This document shows positions 41,515 through 53,221 of a stretch of DNA of 64,000 nucleotides, piece after piece; position 1 is the stretch's first letter; every line of letters begins with the position of its first letter. The notes beneath the pieces are model-generated. The model worked only from the letters and a program-made list of their open reading frames with translations, searched no databases and was not told the origin of the DNA. A program made the position numbers and the translations under genes. The stretch comes from an uncultured Trueperaceae bacterium (GTDB lineage: Bacteria; Deinococcota; Deinococci; Deinococcales; Trueperaceae), in contig CAVSGP010000009.1 in the NCBI GenBank assembly GCA_963727505.1, forward strand, positions 288,001 to 352,000, given 5' to 3'.

Positions 41515-43038
41515 TCAACGGCCGTTGGCGGGGGTGTTGCCGCTCGTGTCCGGCGGGAAGGTGATGGTGAGTGTGCGGGGACCGGGAAGCTTCAGGTCGG
41601 CGACGTTCGAGGTGCGGTTCTGGAACTGTGCCCGGAACTGCCAGGCGCCCGCGCGGTCGAGGACGATCTTGCAGGGTGCGCGGCAGAGGATGGTCCCCGC
41701 GGGCGTTCCGGAGCCGCTGGGGCTCTTGCTGACGTACAGGTCGACGGGCGGGAGGTCCGTGGGTTGGACCTGGACCGACACGATGTAGTCCACGGCGCCG
41801 CCCGTTCGGGGAGTGGGAGCCAGGGTGCCCTGGTTCAAGAGGGCGATGGACGCGACGGCGCCTGCGGCGACCAGCGCCAGGATCACCAGCAAGGGACCGC
41901 GCCAGGAGCGCCGGCGACGCTCCTTCTCCCTGGGGAGATCCATGCGGATGGGGGCGGGCGGTTGCGCGTCGTCCAGCGTGCCGGCACGGTAGGTGGCGCC
42001 GGGAGGGAGGTCTTTGACGAAGCCGGGTCTGCTGTCCCGCGTAGAGCTGGAGGCGCCGTGCGGCGTCAGTCCGGGATCGCTGTGCAGCGTGATCGGGTCC
42101 GGCTCGTCGGCGACCGCATCGGCCGTCTCGGCCGGAGGGGCCGCCCACGGGCTGCCATCCTGGCGCCGGGACGGGGCCGTCGGGAAGTCGTCGGGTCGGT
42201 CGCCGGTCGTGAGGGCTTCGTCACCGGGCGGCGGCGTTGCCACATCCAGTTCGAAGTCGAGATCGAGCCGGATATCCGAGCGGGTGGCCGACAGGCTCGC
42301 GCGCCGGTCGCCCCCCTCTGGCGGCTCCGTGCCCTCCACGGCGCCCGCTGTGGCCGCGGGAACGGTGCCGGTCGGCAGCGTCAGCTCGTCGAAGCTTCGG
42401 GGGGGAGGGGTGACGGTCCCACCGCAGGCGCGTCGTATCCGGCCGTAGAGGGCGGTGGCGGTCGGCCGCTCGCGCGGGTCCTTCGCGAGCGCGGCGCGCA
42501 GCAGCGCCCCCACCTCGCTGCTGAGGTTGGCCCCCCCGAGCAGGAGCAGTGCCGCTGCTATGGAGTAGAGGTCGGCCGGAAGGGAAGGGGGGCCGCCGGC
42601 GGTGACCTCGGGCGCGGTGGCTTCGGGATCGACCGGCGTCCAGGGAACGCCGTAGCCTTCGATCAGCACGTGGCCTTGCGCGTACAGCAGGCGGCCGGCG
42701 CGCAGGTCGCCGTGGACCACGCCTGCCTGTGCCGCGTCGCGCACCGCGCGCACCGCTTCGAGGACGAAGCGATCGTCGACCACGGACTCGCCGGACGCGA
42801 CCAGGCCGTAGTGCGGCGAGTACGCGGTCACCACCTGACCGGCGTTGTCGTCGAACGAGCTGACGAGGATGCCCGGGATGTTCTCGGACTCCAGCGCGGC
42901 CACGGGGGCCGTGGGGCGTGCGGGGAAGGTGTAGATGAGCACAGCTAGGCCCGTGAGCGGGTCGACGCCGCGGTAACAACTGACATCGCCCTGCTGGAGG
43001 TAGAGCTCCTGGCTCTGGTAGCGACTGCGGGCAGTCAT
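41515..43038 (-). CDS. Degenerate Hanks-type kinase domain, linker, single TM and small extracytoplasmic beta domain
   Basis: YRGVDPLTG, VVHGDL, APEV, ADLYS, ALAKDPRERPTA; TM GPLLVILALVAAGAVASIALL; C-terminal CRAPC domain (PEGA-like, uncertain). Confidence 0.72.
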   Translation of the reverse strand: MTARSRYQSQELYLQQGDVSCYRGVDPLTGLAVLIYTFPARPTAPVAALESENIPGILVSSFDDNAGQVVTAYSPHYGLVASGESVVDDRFVLEAVRAVRDAAQAGVVHGDLRAGRLLYAQGHVLIEGYGVPWTPVDPEATAPEVTAGGPPSLPADLYSIAAALLLLGGANLSSEVGALLRAALAKDPRERPTATALYGRIRRACGGTVTPPPRSFDELTLPTGTVPAATAGAVEGTEPPEGGDRRASLSATRSDIRLDLDFELDVATPPPGDEALTTGDRPDDFPTAPSRRQDGSPWAAPPAETADAVADEPDPITLHSDPGLTPHGASSSTRDSRPGFVKDLPPGATYRAGTLDDAQPPAPIRMDLPREKERRRRSWRGPLLVILALVAAGAVASIALLNQGTLAPTPRTGGAVDYIVSVQVQPTDLPPVDLYVSKSPSGSGTPAGTILCRAPCKIVLDRAGAWQFRAQFQNRTSNVADLKLPGPRTLTITFPPDTSGNTPANGR

Positions 43039-43283
43039 GAGGCTCGACTCGGGTGGGCGGACGCGGGCTTCGGGCCGACGCGCCTGCTCGTCCCACCCCG
43101 ATGCGCCGCAGCAGCGCAGGAGCAGGCGAGGTGTGTACGCCGAGCGGCTGTCACAGGCCGAGTATAGCCAGGGGGGGTGGGGGTCACAAGGTGAAAGGGC
43201 TCGCAAACGGCGGCGCGATCGCCGCTCGGCCTGTAGGGGGCGAGCTTGTGGGGCCGGCGAGGTGCTGATAGGCTGCATGCATC

Positions 43284-44336
43284 ATGGCCATCACCGAAGA
43301 GCGCGTCCTCGAGGCGCTGAAGACCGTCCAGGACCCTGAGCTCCACCAGGACCTCGTGAGCCTGGGGATGATCGATGAGATCGTCATCGAAGGGGAGGCC
43401 GTGCGGTTGACGATCAACCTGACGACCCCTGCCTGCCCCATGAAGAACACCATCGAGAACGACGTGCGTGGTGCTCTGGGCTCGGCCCTCGGTGTGCGCG
43501 AGGTGGCCATCACCTTCGGTTCGCAGATGCGTGGCCCGCAGCAGGAACCCCTGCCCGGCGTGAAGGCCATCCTTGCCGTGGGCTCCGGCAAGGGGGGCGT
43601 CGGCAAGTCCACGGTCGCTGCCAATCTTGCGGCGTCGCTGGCGCTCGAGGGTGCCAGCGTGGGGCTGCTGGACGCCGACATCTACGGCCCCAGCCAGACG
43701 ACCATGTTCGGCGTTTCCGGTCAGCGCCTGGCCGCCGATGCGGACAAGAACATCGTGCCCCTCGAAGGGTTCGGCGTGCGCCTGGTCTCCATCGGGAACC
43801 TGGTGGAAGACGGTCAGGCCCTGACCTGGCGCGGTCCGATCCTGCACGGCACGCTCACGCAGCTTCTCAAGCAGACGGTATGGGGCGAGCTCGACTACAT
43901 GGTTGTGGACCTTCCTCCGGGTACCGGCGACGTGCAGCTGTCGCTGGCGCAGCTCGTGCCGTTGACGGGGATGGTGCTGGTCACGACGCCGCAGGACGTG
44001 GCGCTGGCGGACGTGCGGCGTGCCCACACCATGGCACGCAAGACGCACGTTCCGGTCCTGGGCGTGATCGAGAACATGAGCTACTACTTGCTCCCCGATG
44101 GCGAACGAGACTACATCTTCGGGGAGGGGGGTGCCGACCGCTGGGCCGAGGAGGAGCACCTCCCGGTCCTCGGGCACATCCCCATCACACGCGCGTTGCG
44201 GGAGAGCGGCGACCGAGGTGTGCCCATGGTGGTGGGCGATCCCGACAACGCCAGCTCGGTCGAGCTTCGGCGTGCCGCGCGCATGGTGGCGGGGCAGGTC
44301 AGCATCCAGTCGATGTCCAGCCTGCCGGTCCTGTGA
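43284..44336 (+). CDS. mrp: Mrp/ApbC/NBP35 family P-loop ATPase
   Basis: DPEL...LTTPACP (DUF59), GSGKGGVGKST, DADIYGPS, WRGP, DLPPGTGD, VTTPQ, ENMS. Confidence 0.94.
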   Translation: MAITEERVLEALKTVQDPELHQDLVSLGMIDEIVIEGEAVRLTINLTTPACPMKNTIENDVRGALGSALGVREVAITFGSQMRGPQQEPLPGVKAILAVGSGKGGVGKSTVAANLAASLALEGASVGLLDADIYGPSQTTMFGVSGQRLAADADKNIVPLEGFGVRLVSIGNLVEDGQALTWRGPILHGTLTQLLKQTVWGELDYMVVDLPPGTGDVQLSLAQLVPLTGMVLVTTPQDVALADVRRAHTMARKTHVPVLGVIENMSYYLLPDGERDYIFGEGGADRWAEEEHLPVLGHIPITRALRESGDRGVPMVVGDPDNASSVELRRAARMVAGQVSIQSMSSLPVL

Positions 44337-44362
44337 GCCGATCGCACGCCCGTCCGGAGCGC

Positions 44363-44391
44363 TTGTGAGGTCGTTGGCGACCTGCTAGAAT
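44363..44391 (+). promoter_or_regulatory. Sigma70-type promoter of the valS leader
   Basis: TTGTGA (44363-68), 17-nt spacer, TG-c-TAGAAT (44386-91). Confidence 0.7.
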
Positions 44392-44397
44392 CCCGTG

Positions 44398-44682
44398 TAC
44401 GCGGGAGGAGTAGCCGTCCCGTCGTCCGTCAGAGAGCCCGGCACCATCGCTGCGAGCCTGGGTCGGACGCGCCGGTGAACGTCGCCCGCGGGTCGGCGCT
44501 GGGGCCACGTCCGTCGCGTCGGCACGAGGAAGAACGCCGACCGACGGTCGGCTGCTAGACCCTCCGGACGTCGCCCCGTCAGCGCGGCACAAACGAGTGC
44601 CCCGGCCGCACACGTGCTGGGGAAGTGCGGTGGTACCGCGGGGGAGACCTCGTCCGCAACGGTCGGGCGGGGCCTGTTCTTT
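44398..44682 (+). ncRNA. T-box riboswitch with Val specifier
   Basis: Stem I gcggg...cccgc with AGUA/GAA loop E, AGAGA box (44431), GCUG loop, specifier GUC at 44481-44483; T-box aagtgcggtggtaccgcg (44623-40) pairing with cgtccgc; alternative terminator cctcgtccg/cgggcgggg followed by tgttcttt. Confidence 0.88.
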
Positions 44683-44705
44683 GGGCCGCGCCGGTGGAGG
44701 TAGGC

Positions 44706-47357
44706 ATGAGCGATACCACGACAGACACCGCCCCCACGGGAGCCTCGGTGCTTCCCAGCCGTTACGAGCCCCTGGCCGTGGAGGGCCGCTGGGCCGAGCG
44801 CTGGGCGTCCGAGCCGTTCACCGTCGACCCGGATTCCGGGCGCGAGCCCTTCTGCATCGTCATCCCGCCCCCCAACGTGACGGGCAACCTCCACCTGGGG
44901 CACGCCTTCGACAACGCGGTCATCGACACGCTGATCCGCTTCAAACGGATGCAGGGATACGAGGCGCTGTTCCAACCGGGGACCGATCACGCCGGCATCT
45001 CGACCCAGGTGCAGGTGGAGCGCGCGCTACGGGCCGAAGGCACCAACCGGCACGAGCTCGGTCGCGAAGCCTTCCTCGAGCGCATGTGGGCGTGGAAGGA
45101 GACCTACGGCGGGATCATCCTCGCGCAACTCCAGCGCCTCGGCATCTCGGCAGACTGGTCGCGGATCCGCTTCACGATGGACGAAGGACTGTCGCGCGCG
45201 GTTCGTCGGCAGTTCGTGGAGCTCTACCACCAGGGGAAGATCTACCGGGGAGAGCGGATCGTCAACTGGGATCCGGAGAGCCAGACGACGCTGTCGGACC
45301 TCGAGGTCGAGCGCGAGGAGCGGCCAGGAACGCTCTTTACGCTGGCCTACGCCCTCGACGGAGGGGACGCCATCCGGATCGCCACGGTGCGGCCGGAGAC
45401 GATCTTCGCCGACCAGGCGGTGGCCGTGCACCCGGAGGATGACCGCTACCGCGCTCTGCTGGGTCGCGAAGTACGCATCCCACTCACGGACCGCTGGATC
45501 CCGGTGATCGCCGATGAGGCCGTGGAGCGGGACTTCGGCACCGGCGCTCTGAAGATCACGCCGGCGCACGATCCGACCGACTTCGAGATCGGTGAGCGCC
45601 ACGGCCTGGCGCATCCCAGCGTCATCGACCTGGGCGCCCACCTCGTGGGTGAGCTGGTGCCCGAACGCTTCCGCGGCCTGGAGCGCTTCGAGGCGCGCGC
45701 GCAGGTGGTCGAGGCTCTGCGGGCCGAGGGTTCGCTCGTGGCGGAGGATCCTTACACCATTCCCATCGGCCTGTCGCAGCGCACCAAGGTGCCCGTCGAG
45801 CCGATCCTGTCGTTGCAGTGGTTCTACGACGTGGCGCCGGTGGCGAAGAGGGTGCTGGCGGCCCTCGACGCGGGCGACGTGCGTGTCCTGCCGGAGCGCT
45901 ATGGCAAGGTCAACCGGGACTGGCTCGAAGCCATCCGCCCATGGAACATCTCCAGGCAGCTCTGGTGGGGGCACCAGATCCCGGCCTGGTACGACGAGGA
46001 CGGGAACGTTCACGTGCCCAGCGTCGACGATCCGTTCACCGATCCTCCTGAGAGGCCGGAGAACGCAGGGGTGCGGCTGGTGCAGGATCCCGACGTGTTC
46101 GACACCTGGTTCTCCTCGAACCTGTGGCCGTTCAGCACCCTGGGCTGGCCGGACGAGGAGGACCCCTACTTCCGGACGTTCTACCCGACCTCGGTGTTGG
46201 TGACCGGCTACGACATCCTGTTCTTCTGGGTGGCGCGCATGGAGATGGCGGGACTCGAGCTCACCGGACGTGCACCCTTCCGCGATGTTCTTCTGCATGG
46301 CCTCGTGCTCGACGCCGAGGGGCAGAAGATGTCGAAGTCGAAGGGCAACGGCATCGACCCCCTGACGGTCATCGATACCTACGGCGCGGACGCGCTGCGC
46401 TTCGCCGTGACCCACGCCTCGACGGGCGGGCAGGACATCCGCTGGGACGAGCGTCGAGTGGAGATGGGGCGGAACTTCAACAACAAGCTGTTCAATGCCG
46501 CGCGTTTCGCCATGATGCAGCTGGCCGAGGGCCCCGAGGACCCCGGCGCGCCCGAGCGCCTGGCCGACCGCTGGATGGCCAGCCGCCTGCAGCGTGCCAT
46601 CGCCGGTGCTACCGAGGCGCTGGAGGCGTACGACCTGGGGGCGGCCAATCGCCTGCTCTACGACGTGGTCTGGTCGGAGTTCTGCGACTGGTACCTGGAA
46701 GCGGCGAAGCCGGCGCTGCGGGCGGGCGACGGGCGCACGCGCCACGTGCTGCGTACCAGTTTCGAGGCGCTCTTGAAGCTGCTGCACCCGATCCTGCCGT
46801 TCATCACCTCCGAGCTGTTCGAGGCGCTCGGCCACGAGCGCCAGATCGCGATCACGGCCTGGCCGGAGGTCGACTCCGCCCTCCTCGACGAGGAGGCGGA
46901 GGAAGCCTTCGACGTCGTGCGGCAGGCGGTCGGCGCGGTCCGCGCGCTCCGTGCCGATGCCGACCTCGCCCCGTCGCAGACGATCCCGGTGCATGTGAGC
47001 GGTGAGGCGAGCGCCGCCCTGCTTGCCGAGCGCGAGGTGGCCGCGTCGCTGGCCCGCGCCGAGCTCACGGGGGAGGCGCCGCGGGGCGCGGCCCTCACCC
47101 AGGTGGTGCCCGGCCTGGAGTTGAAGCTCCCGTTCGAAGGCCTGGTCGACGAGGTTGAGTGGCGCGACAAGCAGCGTCGCCGGCTGGAGAAGTTGCGCGC
47201 CGATCGGGAGCGCTCCGAGCGCAAGCTCGCCAACACGAAGTTCACCGCCAACGCTCCCGAGGCCGTGGTCGCCGAGGAGCGCCGGCGCCTGTCCGAGGCC
47301 GTGGATCTCATCGCCCGTATCGAGGCCGCTGTGGGCCGCCTCGGCGACGGGGGCTGA
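44706..47357 (+). CDS. valS: Valine--tRNA ligase
   Basis: PPPNVTGNLHLGH, GTDHAGI, ATVRPET, WNISRQLWWGHQIP, DTWFSS, KMSKS, C-terminal coiled coil; RBS ggaggt. Confidence 0.98.
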   Translation: MSDTTTDTAPTGASVLPSRYEPLAVEGRWAERWASEPFTVDPDSGREPFCIVIPPPNVTGNLHLGHAFDNAVIDTLIRFKRMQGYEALFQPGTDHAGISTQVQVERALRAEGTNRHELGREAFLERMWAWKETYGGIILAQLQRLGISADWSRIRFTMDEGLSRAVRRQFVELYHQGKIYRGERIVNWDPESQTTLSDLEVEREERPGTLFTLAYALDGGDAIRIATVRPETIFADQAVAVHPEDDRYRALLGREVRIPLTDRWIPVIADEAVERDFGTGALKITPAHDPTDFEIGERHGLAHPSVIDLGAHLVGELVPERFRGLERFEARAQVVEALRAEGSLVAEDPYTIPIGLSQRTKVPVEPILSLQWFYDVAPVAKRVLAALDAGDVRVLPERYGKVNRDWLEAIRPWNISRQLWWGHQIPAWYDEDGNVHVPSVDDPFTDPPERPENAGVRLVQDPDVFDTWFSSNLWPFSTLGWPDEEDPYFRTFYPTSVLVTGYDILFFWVARMEMAGLELTGRAPFRDVLLHGLVLDAEGQKMSKSKGNGIDPLTVIDTYGADALRFAVTHASTGGQDIRWDERRVEMGRNFNNKLFNAARFAMMQLAEGPEDPGAPERLADRWMASRLQRAIAGATEALEAYDLGAANRLLYDVVWSEFCDWYLEAAKPALRAGDGRTRHVLRTSFEALLKLLHPILPFITSELFEALGHERQIAITAWPEVDSALLDEEAEEAFDVVRQAVGAVRALRADADLAPSQTIPVHVSGEASAALLAEREVAASLARAELTGEAPRGAALTQVVPGLELKLPFEGLVDEVEWRDKQRRRLEKLRADRERSERKLANTKFTANAPEAVVAEERRRLSEAVDLIARIEAAVGRLGDGG

Positions 47358-47365
47358 GCGCCGCC

Positions 47366-48886
<1,521 letters not shown>

Positions 48887-49075
48887 CGCTTCCGGAACCC
48901 GAAGTCGACCGGGGGCTCCCGGCGAACCCCGCGAGGGCCTCCGGGTGCACGGACCGTGGTGTGGGGCCAGGCGCGCGCAGACCGGTGCACGAGCATGCGT
49001 TGCCGGCGGCGTCCTTCATGGCGACGAGCGGACGGGAGGGCCGCGTGCTAGCGTAGGCCGCGAAAGGACCTGCGC

Positions 49076-50008
49076 ATGCGCCATCACGAGTCGCCGTTCA
49101 CCGGACCGGCCACCTTCTTCAAGGCTCCGCACCGCCCCGACGCCGACCGTGGCGAGGCACACATCGGGATCCTGGGTGTTCCGTACGACGACGGCGCGGG
49201 CTTCCGGTCCGGCGCGCGCTTCGGACCCGCCGCGGTGCGCGAGGCCTCCGGCCGCTACGCTTTCGGCTCCGAGGGTTTCTACGATGCCGACGGCGCCACC
49301 ATGCGCCTGGTGGGGGCGCGGCTGGTCGACGTCGGCGACGTCGACCCGGTGCAGAACCAGGCGGAGGCGACCTTCGACAAGGTGACCTCCGCGGCCCGAC
49401 GTCTGCGAACGGTCGCGCGCCTGCCGGTCTTCGTCGGGGGCGACCATTCGCTGAGCTACCCGCTGCTGCGCGCCTTCGACGACGTGCCGGAGCTGCACGT
49501 GGTGCAGCTCGACGCCCACCTGGGATACAGCGAGACGCGGCGCGGGAGCCGGGTCTCCGGCGCGAGCGCCTTCCGGCGCGCGGTCGAGGAGGTGCCCGGC
49601 CTGCAGCGGATCACCGCCATCGGCGTTCGGAGCGCCTCGGTGGGGCGCGAGGCGATGGAGGCCGCAAAGGCGCGGGGGCACCGGGTGGTGACCGCGCGCG
49701 GGCTGCGTGAGAACGTCGACGCCGTTCTGGGCGATCTCCCCGAGCGGGCGGCCGTCTACCTGAGCCTGGACGTCGACGTGCTGGACCCGTCGATCGTGCC
49801 GGGCACCAGCGATCCGGAGATGGACGGACTCTCGTACGCGGAGGTCTGGAGGGTCGTCGACGCCGTCGTGGGCCGCAACCGGCTGGTCGGGATGGACCTC
49901 GTGGAGCTCGCGCCGAGGCTGGATCCGACCGGACGCAGCTCTCTGGCTGCAGCTCGCCTGCTGCGCGATACCTTCGCGCTCTGGTGGGACCCGGCCCGGA
50001 TGGTCTGA
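49076..50008 (+). CDS. Ureohydrolase (agmatinase/arginase family)
   Basis: GVPYD, GARFGPAAVR, DVGD, GGDHS, DAHLG, SLDVDVLDP..VPGT, DLVELAP. Confidence 0.88.
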   Translation: MRHHESPFTGPATFFKAPHRPDADRGEAHIGILGVPYDDGAGFRSGARFGPAAVREASGRYAFGSEGFYDADGATMRLVGARLVDVGDVDPVQNQAEATFDKVTSAARRLRTVARLPVFVGGDHSLSYPLLRAFDDVPELHVVQLDAHLGYSETRRGSRVSGASAFRRAVEEVPGLQRITAIGVRSASVGREAMEAAKARGHRVVTARGLRENVDAVLGDLPERAAVYLSLDVDVLDPSIVPGTSDPEMDGLSYAEVWRVVDAVVGRNRLVGMDLVELAPRLDPTGRSSLAAARLLRDTFALWWDPARMV

Positions 50009-50059
50009 ACGGCGTTGGGGACGGGGTCGAGTCCCTCCCCGCGGGCGAAGCTCCGCGGC

Positions 50060-50091
50060 ATGACACGGTGCTGACAGACCGGCCGTAGGCT
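50060..50091 (+). promoter_or_regulatory. Candidate PHO-box-like direct repeat and -10 element
   Basis: TGACA at 50061 and 50072 (11-bp period), then TAGGCT at 50086-91, upstream of pstS. Confidence 0.5.
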
Positions 50092-50109
50092 CATCGCGGA
50101 GGTTGATCC

Positions 50110-51171
50110 ATGCCCAAGCGACGCACGCTCCGATTGTTCGCAATGCTGATCCTCTCGGTCTTCTCCGTGGCGGCCGCCCAGTCCCTCACAGGCGCCGGCG
50201 CCACCTTCCCGTTCCCGCTGTACTCCAAGATGTTCCACGTCTACGGCCAGCAGACCGGCGTGAAGGTGAACTACCAGGCGATCGGGTCCGGCGGCGGGCA
50301 GCAGCAGCTCCTCGCCCGCACGGTCAACTTCGCGGCTTCCGACGCCCCGCTCAGCGACCAGCAGCTCCAGGACTTCCAGGCCAAGGCGGGGTCGCCGGTG
50401 CTCCACCTCCCGATGGCGCTGGGCGCGGTCGTGATGACCTACAACTGGGCGCCGGTCGCGAAGACACCCGCGCAGCCGCTCAAGCTCGATGGCCAGGTCA
50501 TCGCCGACATCTACCTCGGCAAGATCACCAACTGGAACGACCCCGCCATCGCGGCGCTCAATCCCGGCGTGACCTTCCCCAACCTCCCCATCTCGGTGGC
50601 GCATCGCTCGGACGGTTCCGGCACGACCTATACCTTCACGGACTACCTGTCGAAGGTCTCGCCCACGTGGAAGCAGCAGGTCGGCACGGACAAGGCGGTC
50701 AACTGGCCGGTCGGCTCGGGCGGCAAGGGCAACCAGGGCGTCGCGGGCTTGGTCAAGCAGATCCCCGGCTCCATCGGCTACGTCGAGCTGATCTACGCCC
50801 TGCAGAACGACATGGCCTTCGCGACCCTGAAGAATGCCAGCGGCACCTTCGTGGTTCCGAGCCTGGAGAGCACCTCGGTGGCCGGTGACGTGCCCGTCCC
50901 CGCCGATGGCCGCTTCGACATCACGAACACCTCTGCGGCGCAGGGCTATCCGATCGCCACCTACACCTATGTCCTCCTGTACCAGGAGATGAGTCTCACC
51001 ACCGATTCGCAGGCGCAGGCCAAGCAGGTCGCAGATCTGGTTTCCTGGATGAGCACGAAGGGCCAGCAGTACAGCGCTGACCTCGAGTACGGGGCGCTGC
51101 CGAAGCGGGTCCAGGACTTCGACGCGCAGCAGCTCGCCAAGCTGACCTACAAGGGCAAGCCCTTGAACTGA
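50110..51171 (+). CDS. pstS: Phosphate ABC transporter substrate-binding protein
   Basis: GAGATFP, YQAIGSGGG, FAASD, HRSDGSGTT, GKGNQGV, IGYVE, YPI. Confidence 0.96.
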   Translation: MPKRRTLRLFAMLILSVFSVAAAQSLTGAGATFPFPLYSKMFHVYGQQTGVKVNYQAIGSGGGQQQLLARTVNFAASDAPLSDQQLQDFQAKAGSPVLHLPMALGAVVMTYNWAPVAKTPAQPLKLDGQVIADIYLGKITNWNDPAIAALNPGVTFPNLPISVAHRSDGSGTTYTFTDYLSKVSPTWKQQVGTDKAVNWPVGSGGKGNQGVAGLVKQIPGSIGYVELIYALQNDMAFATLKNASGTFVVPSLESTSVAGDVPVPADGRFDITNTSAAQGYPIATYTYVLLYQEMSLTTDSQAQAKQVADLVSWMSTKGQQYSADLEYGALPKRVQDFDAQQLAKLTYKGKPLN

Positions 51172-51196
51172 GGCCCGCCCGGGCCCCGATCGGCAA

Positions 51197-51234
51197 GGGT
51201 GGAGGTCGCGCCGAGAGCGGCGCGATCTCCACCC
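51197..51234 (+). other. 17-bp stem-loop after pstS
   Basis: gggtggaggtcgcgccg-agag-cggcgcgatctccaccc; second hairpin near 51257-51287. Confidence 0.65.
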
Positions 51235-51371
51235 GTAGCGGAAGTTCGAACCCGTACGCGCTCGCCGCCGACGCGCCGGCGAGCGCGGCCCTCGCGAAGG
51301 GTCGGGACTCGGGGTAGCCTTAGGAAGGCGAGGGGCCCGGACCGGCCCCCTGGTTCGCTCTTTCGATCACC

Positions 51372-52358
51372 ATGGACCGTCCCTCTTCCACCCCCCCACC
51401 CACCGGCGCCGCTAAGCGGCGTTCGCTCGAGCGCCGGGCGCGTGCCTGGCCGGCAGGCGACCGCCTGTTCGACCTGGTGGTGCTGCTCCTCGGGAGCAGC
51501 ATCCTCGTCATCACCGCGCTGGCCGCGCTGGAACTGTTCCTTGGTGGCAACCTGGCGCTGAGGAAGTACGGGCTCGGCTTCCTGGTGGGAACGACGTGGG
51601 ATCCTGTCCACCAGGAGTTCGGGGCGCTGCCGTTCATCGTAGGAACGCTGGTGACGAGCTTTGGGGCGTTGCTGCTGGCGGTCCCGCTGGCGGTGGGATC
51701 GGCGCTGTTCGTCAGCGAGTACGCTCCTTCCTGGCTTGCCGAACCGGTGAGCTACCTCGTCGAGCTGCTCGCCGCCATCCCGAGCGTGGTCTATGGCTTC
51801 TGGGGCATCTTCGTTCTTGCCCCTGTCGTACGCAGCATCCAGATCGCGATCTTCATGAACCCGGTGCTGCGCGACGTCGGTTTCCTGCGGAGTACGCCTA
51901 CCGGTCTCGGCCTCTTCACGGCGATCCTCATCCTCACGATCATGATCATCCCGTTCACAGCCTCGGTGGCGCGCGACGTGCTGCGCCTGGTGCCTCAGGA
52001 CCAGCGGGAAGCCGCGTACGCTCTCGGCGCGACGCGCTGGGAGGTGATGCGGCACGCGGTGCTGCCCTACGCTCGGGCGGGCATCCTGGGCGGGGTCCTA
52101 TTGAGCCTGGGGCGTGCGCTGGGCGAGACGATGGCGGTCACCATGGTCATCGGGAACCGAACGGCCGTTGCTCACAGCCTGTTCGGTCAGACGGCGACCA
52201 TGGCAAGCGTGATCGCCAACGAGTTCACGGAGGCGGCGGCAGGTCCCCACCTGTCGAGTCTGATCCTGGTGGGGTTGGTGCTGTTCCTCCTGACGATCGT
52301 CGTGAACGTCCTGGCACGGGTGCTCATCCATCGCTTGACGCCTCGGGGCATCACGTGA
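51372..52358 (+). CDS. pstC: Phosphate ABC transporter permease
   Basis: [48 protein letters not shown]. Confidence 0.95.
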   Translation: MDRPSSTPPPTGAAKRRSLERRARAWPAGDRLFDLVVLLLGSSILVITALAALELFLGGNLALRKYGLGFLVGTTWDPVHQEFGALPFIVGTLVTSFGALLLAVPLAVGSALFVSEYAPSWLAEPVSYLVELLAAIPSVVYGFWGIFVLAPVVRSIQIAIFMNPVLRDVGFLRSTPTGLGLFTAILILTIMIIPFTASVARDVLRLVPQDQREAAYALGATRWEVMRHAVLPYARAGILGGVLLSLGRALGETMAVTMVIGNRTAVAHSLFGQTATMASVIANEFTEAAAGPHLSSLILVGLVLFLLTIVVNVLARVLIHRLTPRGIT

Positions 52359-53221
52359 CGGCGTCCAGTCGCCTCCAGCAGGGGGGAAGGGACCGGGGCC
52401 GGCGCCGCGCGGTCAACGGTCTGGCGACGGGTCTGGTGGCCCTCTCGGCCGCCCTGGTGCTGACCCCACTGGTCCTGGTGCTGATCTACCTGGTAGGCCG
52501 CGGCATAGGGTCGCTCGATCTCGCGTTCTTCACGCAGCTACCGGCGCCGGCCGGCGAGCCCGGCGGCGGCGTGGCGCAGGCCATCGCCGGTACCCTGGAG
52601 CTCCTCGCGATCGCCAGTGTCATCGGGCTCACCATCGGCATCGGGACGGGCGTGTTCGTCGCCGAGTACCCCGGTCACCCGTTGGTCCCCAGCGTCCGCT
52701 TGCTGTCCGACGCGCTCATCGGGATCCCGGCCATCGTCATGGGGCTGGTGGCCTACGGCTTGATCGTGGTGCCCCTCCACCACTTCAATGGCCTCTCGGG
52801 CGGCGTGTCGTTGGGCTTGATCATGATCCCCTACGTGGTGCGCGCCACCGACGAGGTGATGCGGCTGGTACCGCGCACCGTGCGGGAGGCGGGCTTCGCG
52901 CTCGGCCTTCCGCGATGGCGCGTGATCCTGTCGATCGTGATCCCGAGCGCCGCGTCCGGTATCGTCACCGGTGCGATGCTGGCGATGGCCCGGGTCGCCG
53001 GGGAAGCGGCGCCGCTGCTGTTCACCGCCTTCGGCAACCAGTACTGGAACTTCGATCCACTCAAGCCGGTCGCGGCGCTCCCGCTGGTGATCTACACCTA
53101 CTCGATCAGCCCGTACGACTCCTGGCACCGCATCGCGTCGGCCTCGTCGCTGGTGCTGGTGGTGTTCGTGCTGATCACGACGGCCGTGACGAGGTTCGTG
53201 TTCGCGAGGAGGGCACGATGA
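52355..53221 (+). CDS. pstA: Phosphate ABC transporter permease
   Basis: [42 protein letters not shown] overlaps pstC stop. Confidence 0.94.
   Translation: MTASSRLQQGGRDRGRRRAVNGLATGLVALSAALVLTPLVLVLIYLVGRGIGSLDLAFFTQLPAPAGEPGGGVAQAIAGTLELLAIASVIGLTIGIGTGVFVAEYPGHPLVPSVRLLSDALIGIPAIVMGLVAYGLIVVPLHHFNGLSGGVSLGLIMIPYVVRATDEVMRLVPRTVREAGFALGLPRWRVILSIVIPSAASGIVTGAMLAMARVAGEAAPLLFTAFGNQYWNFDPLKPVAALPLVIYTYSISPYDSWHRIASASSLVLVVFVLITTAVTRFVFARRAR

Noticed and set aside
49015..49045. ACGA/ACGG words upstream of the ureohydrolase as a guanidine-II riboswitch
   Set aside because: No flanking stems to form the two required hairpins
51596..53221. 541-aa ORF suggesting an extended pstA or a pstC-pstA fusion
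   Set aside because: The extension overlaps pstC in another frame; pstA starts at GTG 52355
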